Positions 44,725 through 46,345 of a stretch of DNA of 46,345 nucleotides are shown here, piece by piece. Numbering within the stretch: the stretch's first letter is position 1; each line of letters opens with the position of its first letter. The position numbers and the translations under genes are program-made. The stretch comes from a candidate division WOR-3 bacterium. Its GTDB lineage: Bacteria > Hydrothermota > Tepidihabitantia > B3-TA06. The stretch spans positions 60,655 through 106,999 of the forward strand of contig CBFGKC010000002.1 of assembly GCA_965649265.1 (NCBI GenBank). The letters run 5' to 3'. The notes beneath the pieces are model-generated. The model saw only the letters and a list, made by a program, of their open reading frames with translations, had not been told where the DNA came from and searched no databases.

Positions 44725-45516
44725 ATGGCGATACCGATATACCAGATCGATTCTTTCACTGACGAACCATTCAGGGGAAACCCTGCCGGCGTTTGCATGC
44801 CCGGCAAGAAGATGGACGAGGATTGGATGTTGAAGGTGGCAAGGGAGATGAACCTTTCGGAAACCGCATTTCTCGAAAAAACCGGTGACGGCTACAATCT
44901 AAGATGGTTCACGCCGAAGGTGGAGGTCGCCCTCTGCGGCCACGCGACGCTCGCTTCCGCCCACGTACTGTGGAGCGAAGGGTTCGAGAATCCCTCAGGT
45001 GAGCTGCGCTTCAGTACCCGCAGCGGCGTCCTTGGGGCAAACAAGAAAGGTGACTGGATCGAACTCGATTTTCCCCAGAGACCTGAATCGCCGGTGAAGG
45101 CTCCTGCAGGCCTGATAAAGGCGCTGGGTATTGAACCGAAATACATCGGCAAGAACGAATACGACTACTTCGTGGAAGCGGCCTCCGAGAGAGAGGTCCG
45201 CAATACCTCACCCGATTTCAGGATGCTGCGTGAATTCAACGTTCGAGGCGTGATAGTCACTTCCAGATCGGACTCCCCGGATTACGACTTCGTCTCCCGC
45301 TTCTTTGCGCCCGGCGCCGGTATAGACGAGGACCCCGTGACCGGCTCCGCTCACTGCTGCCTTGCGCCGTACTGGTCAAAGAAGCTTGGCAAAAGCCAGA
45401 TGGTCGGCTACCAGGCGTCGGAAAGGGGTGGGATCGTTAAGGTTCGTGTAGCAGAGGAGAGGGTATTCCTGCAAGGAAAAGCGGTGACTATTTTCAAGGG
45501 AGAATTGCAGGTCTGA
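44725..45516 (+). CDS. PhzF-family epimerase/isomerase
   Basis: DSFT..PFRGNPAGV, EMNLSETAF, LRWFTP..EVALCGHATLA, SRFFAP..GIDEDPVTGSAHC. Confidence 0.95.
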   Translation: MAIPIYQIDSFTDEPFRGNPAGVCMPGKKMDEDWMLKVAREMNLSETAFLEKTGDGYNLRWFTPKVEVALCGHATLASAHVLWSEGFENPSGELRFSTRSGVLGANKKGDWIELDFPQRPESPVKAPAGLIKALGIEPKYIGKNEYDYFVEAASEREVRNTSPDFRMLREFNVRGVIVTSRSDSPDYDFVSRFFAPGAGIDEDPVTGSAHCCLAPYWSKKLGKSQMVGYQASERGGIVKVRVAEERVFLQGKAVTIFKGELQV

Positions 45517-45520
45517 AAGA

Positions 45521-45544
45521 AAGCCAACCGTTACCGGTTGGCTT
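45521..45544. terminator. hairpin terminator between convergent genes
   Basis: AAGCCAACCG-TTAC-CGGTTGGCTT perfect 10-bp stem. Confidence 0.75.
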
Positions 45545-45604
45545 CAATATTAGTCCGAAGATGAGGTCTCCAATAAAGCAATTCTATTGCTTTATTGGAG
45601 CTTA

Positions 45605-45997
45605 TTAGTCTTCCATCAGGATATCGCGGCTGAATTCATGCAGCCGGTATATCTTCCAGTGATCCTCTGTCACTTCGATTATGTCGAACTTGACGCCCGT
45701 CTTTTCTCCAGACTTGAGCGTCACCGAACCCTTGATGATTCCGCTGCCGTCGGCAGAAATGCTGACCTTGTTGAGATTGAACGCCTTCACGGGATAGGCT
45801 TCCGCGTATTCGATGAAATCCTCGAGATAGTAATACTCCTTGGCCTCGTCGGAGAAGTAGGAGTAAGCCTTCTCGTAGTCTCCGGCCTTCCATGCCTCAA
45901 GGCATTTCTGGCACGGCTCCTTGGCTGCATTGAATGTCGCGCAGCCCGAAAATGCGAAGATCGCGAGGATTGTCAGGAAAAAAACTTTCTTCGTCAT
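45605..45997 (-). CDS. small lipoprotein (NTF2-like/DUF4878-like)
   Basis: GGAGG RBS; lipobox FSGC; GDYEKAYSYFS, C-terminal WKI. Confidence 0.75.
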   Translation of the reverse strand: MTKKVFFLTILAIFAFSGCATFNAAKEPCQKCLEAWKAGDYEKAYSYFSDEAKEYYYLEDFIEYAEAYPVKAFNLNKVSISADGSGIIKGSVTLKSGEKTGVKFDIIEVTEDHWKIYRLHEFSRDILMED

Positions 45998-46025
45998 GTC
46001 GCCTCCTTGGTGAGTTTACGGCTGG

Positions 46026-46053
46026 AATATAAAGAAATCACAGAAGATGTCAA
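46026..46053 (-). promoter_or_regulatory. sigma70 promoter of the lipoprotein gene
   Basis: Minus strand TTGACA-16 bp-TATATT. Confidence 0.6.
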
Positions 46054-46268
46054 GACGGCAAAAAAGAGCAATTCGCTATCTCCGCGAGGTCCCAAAAAAA
46101 ATCTACAGTTTCTTAAGGGTTCCCGCGTATACGCTTTGCGGATACGTGTATTAAGCCTGTGGAAGACTAAGGAAAGTTGCACCATCGAATGGCATCTGCT
46201 GGACTGGCGTCCCTGATTATTGAATTCAGCTTATCTGCTTTTCAGAGCAAAGCAAACGTTTCTGAGTG

Positions 46269-46345
46269 AAGGTGGAGCGCCGGGGGCGCTGGGCGCAAGC
46301 TTCACTTCCGCCATTCACATCTATTTTCTAAGGTGGAGCGCCGGG
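46269..46345. repeat. 16-bp direct repeat resembling a tRNA-Ala/tmRNA 3' end on the minus strand; second copy truncated by the window edge
   Basis: AAGGTGGAGCGCCGGG at 46269-46284 and 46330-46345; reverse complement CCCGGCGCTCCACCTT. Confidence 0.7.

Noticed and set aside
45587-46216. 209-aa plus-strand ORF
   Set aside because: Antisense shadow of the lipoprotein 45605-45997, which has an RBS, promoter and lipobox
46060-46260. Possible ncRNA (6S or RNase P-like) with a small hairpin near 46123-46148
   Set aside because: No diagnostic consensus such as GAGGAAAGTCC; cannot be supported without a covariance-model search
46269-46345. CRISPR array
   Set aside because: Only two partial copies, no cas genes in the window, and the repeat matches a tRNA-like 3' end better

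Overview
Gene-dense chromosomal window from a diderm bacterium. PorV-family barrels, FlgD-Ig/T9SS-like C-terminal domains, archaeal-type LeuCD and a split RsmF suggest an FCB-adjacent lineage such as candidate division WOR-3 (inference only). It holds three tRNA genes (Pro-CGG, Asp-GTC, Phe-GAA, none encoding CCA) and housekeeping genes (hpt, acyP, amtB, rarA, purA, yggS, plsX, rpmF, gcvT/H/PA). The main accessory feature is a 15-kb minus-strand envelope cluster at 14853-29833. It encodes an Ig-repeat protein with a FlgD-Ig tail, a PorV-like barrel, four paralogous exported TPR proteins, ExbB, two ExbD, TonB and a FlgD-Ig/OmpA-like protein. Its motor is non-canonical: one ExbD lacks the essential transmembrane Asp and ExbB has a relocated Glu. 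Other notable items are a QueH/uracil-DNA-glycosylase fusion, an ICL-family lyase + LeuCD operon resembling Dml/DmdAB, a consensus sigma54 site before a second porV-like gene, apparently leaderless genes, tandem exported nitroreductases, an AT-rich lipoprotein islet and a duplicated tRNA-Ala/tmRNA-like 3' end at the right edge. All calls are from motif recognition by eye; no searches were run.
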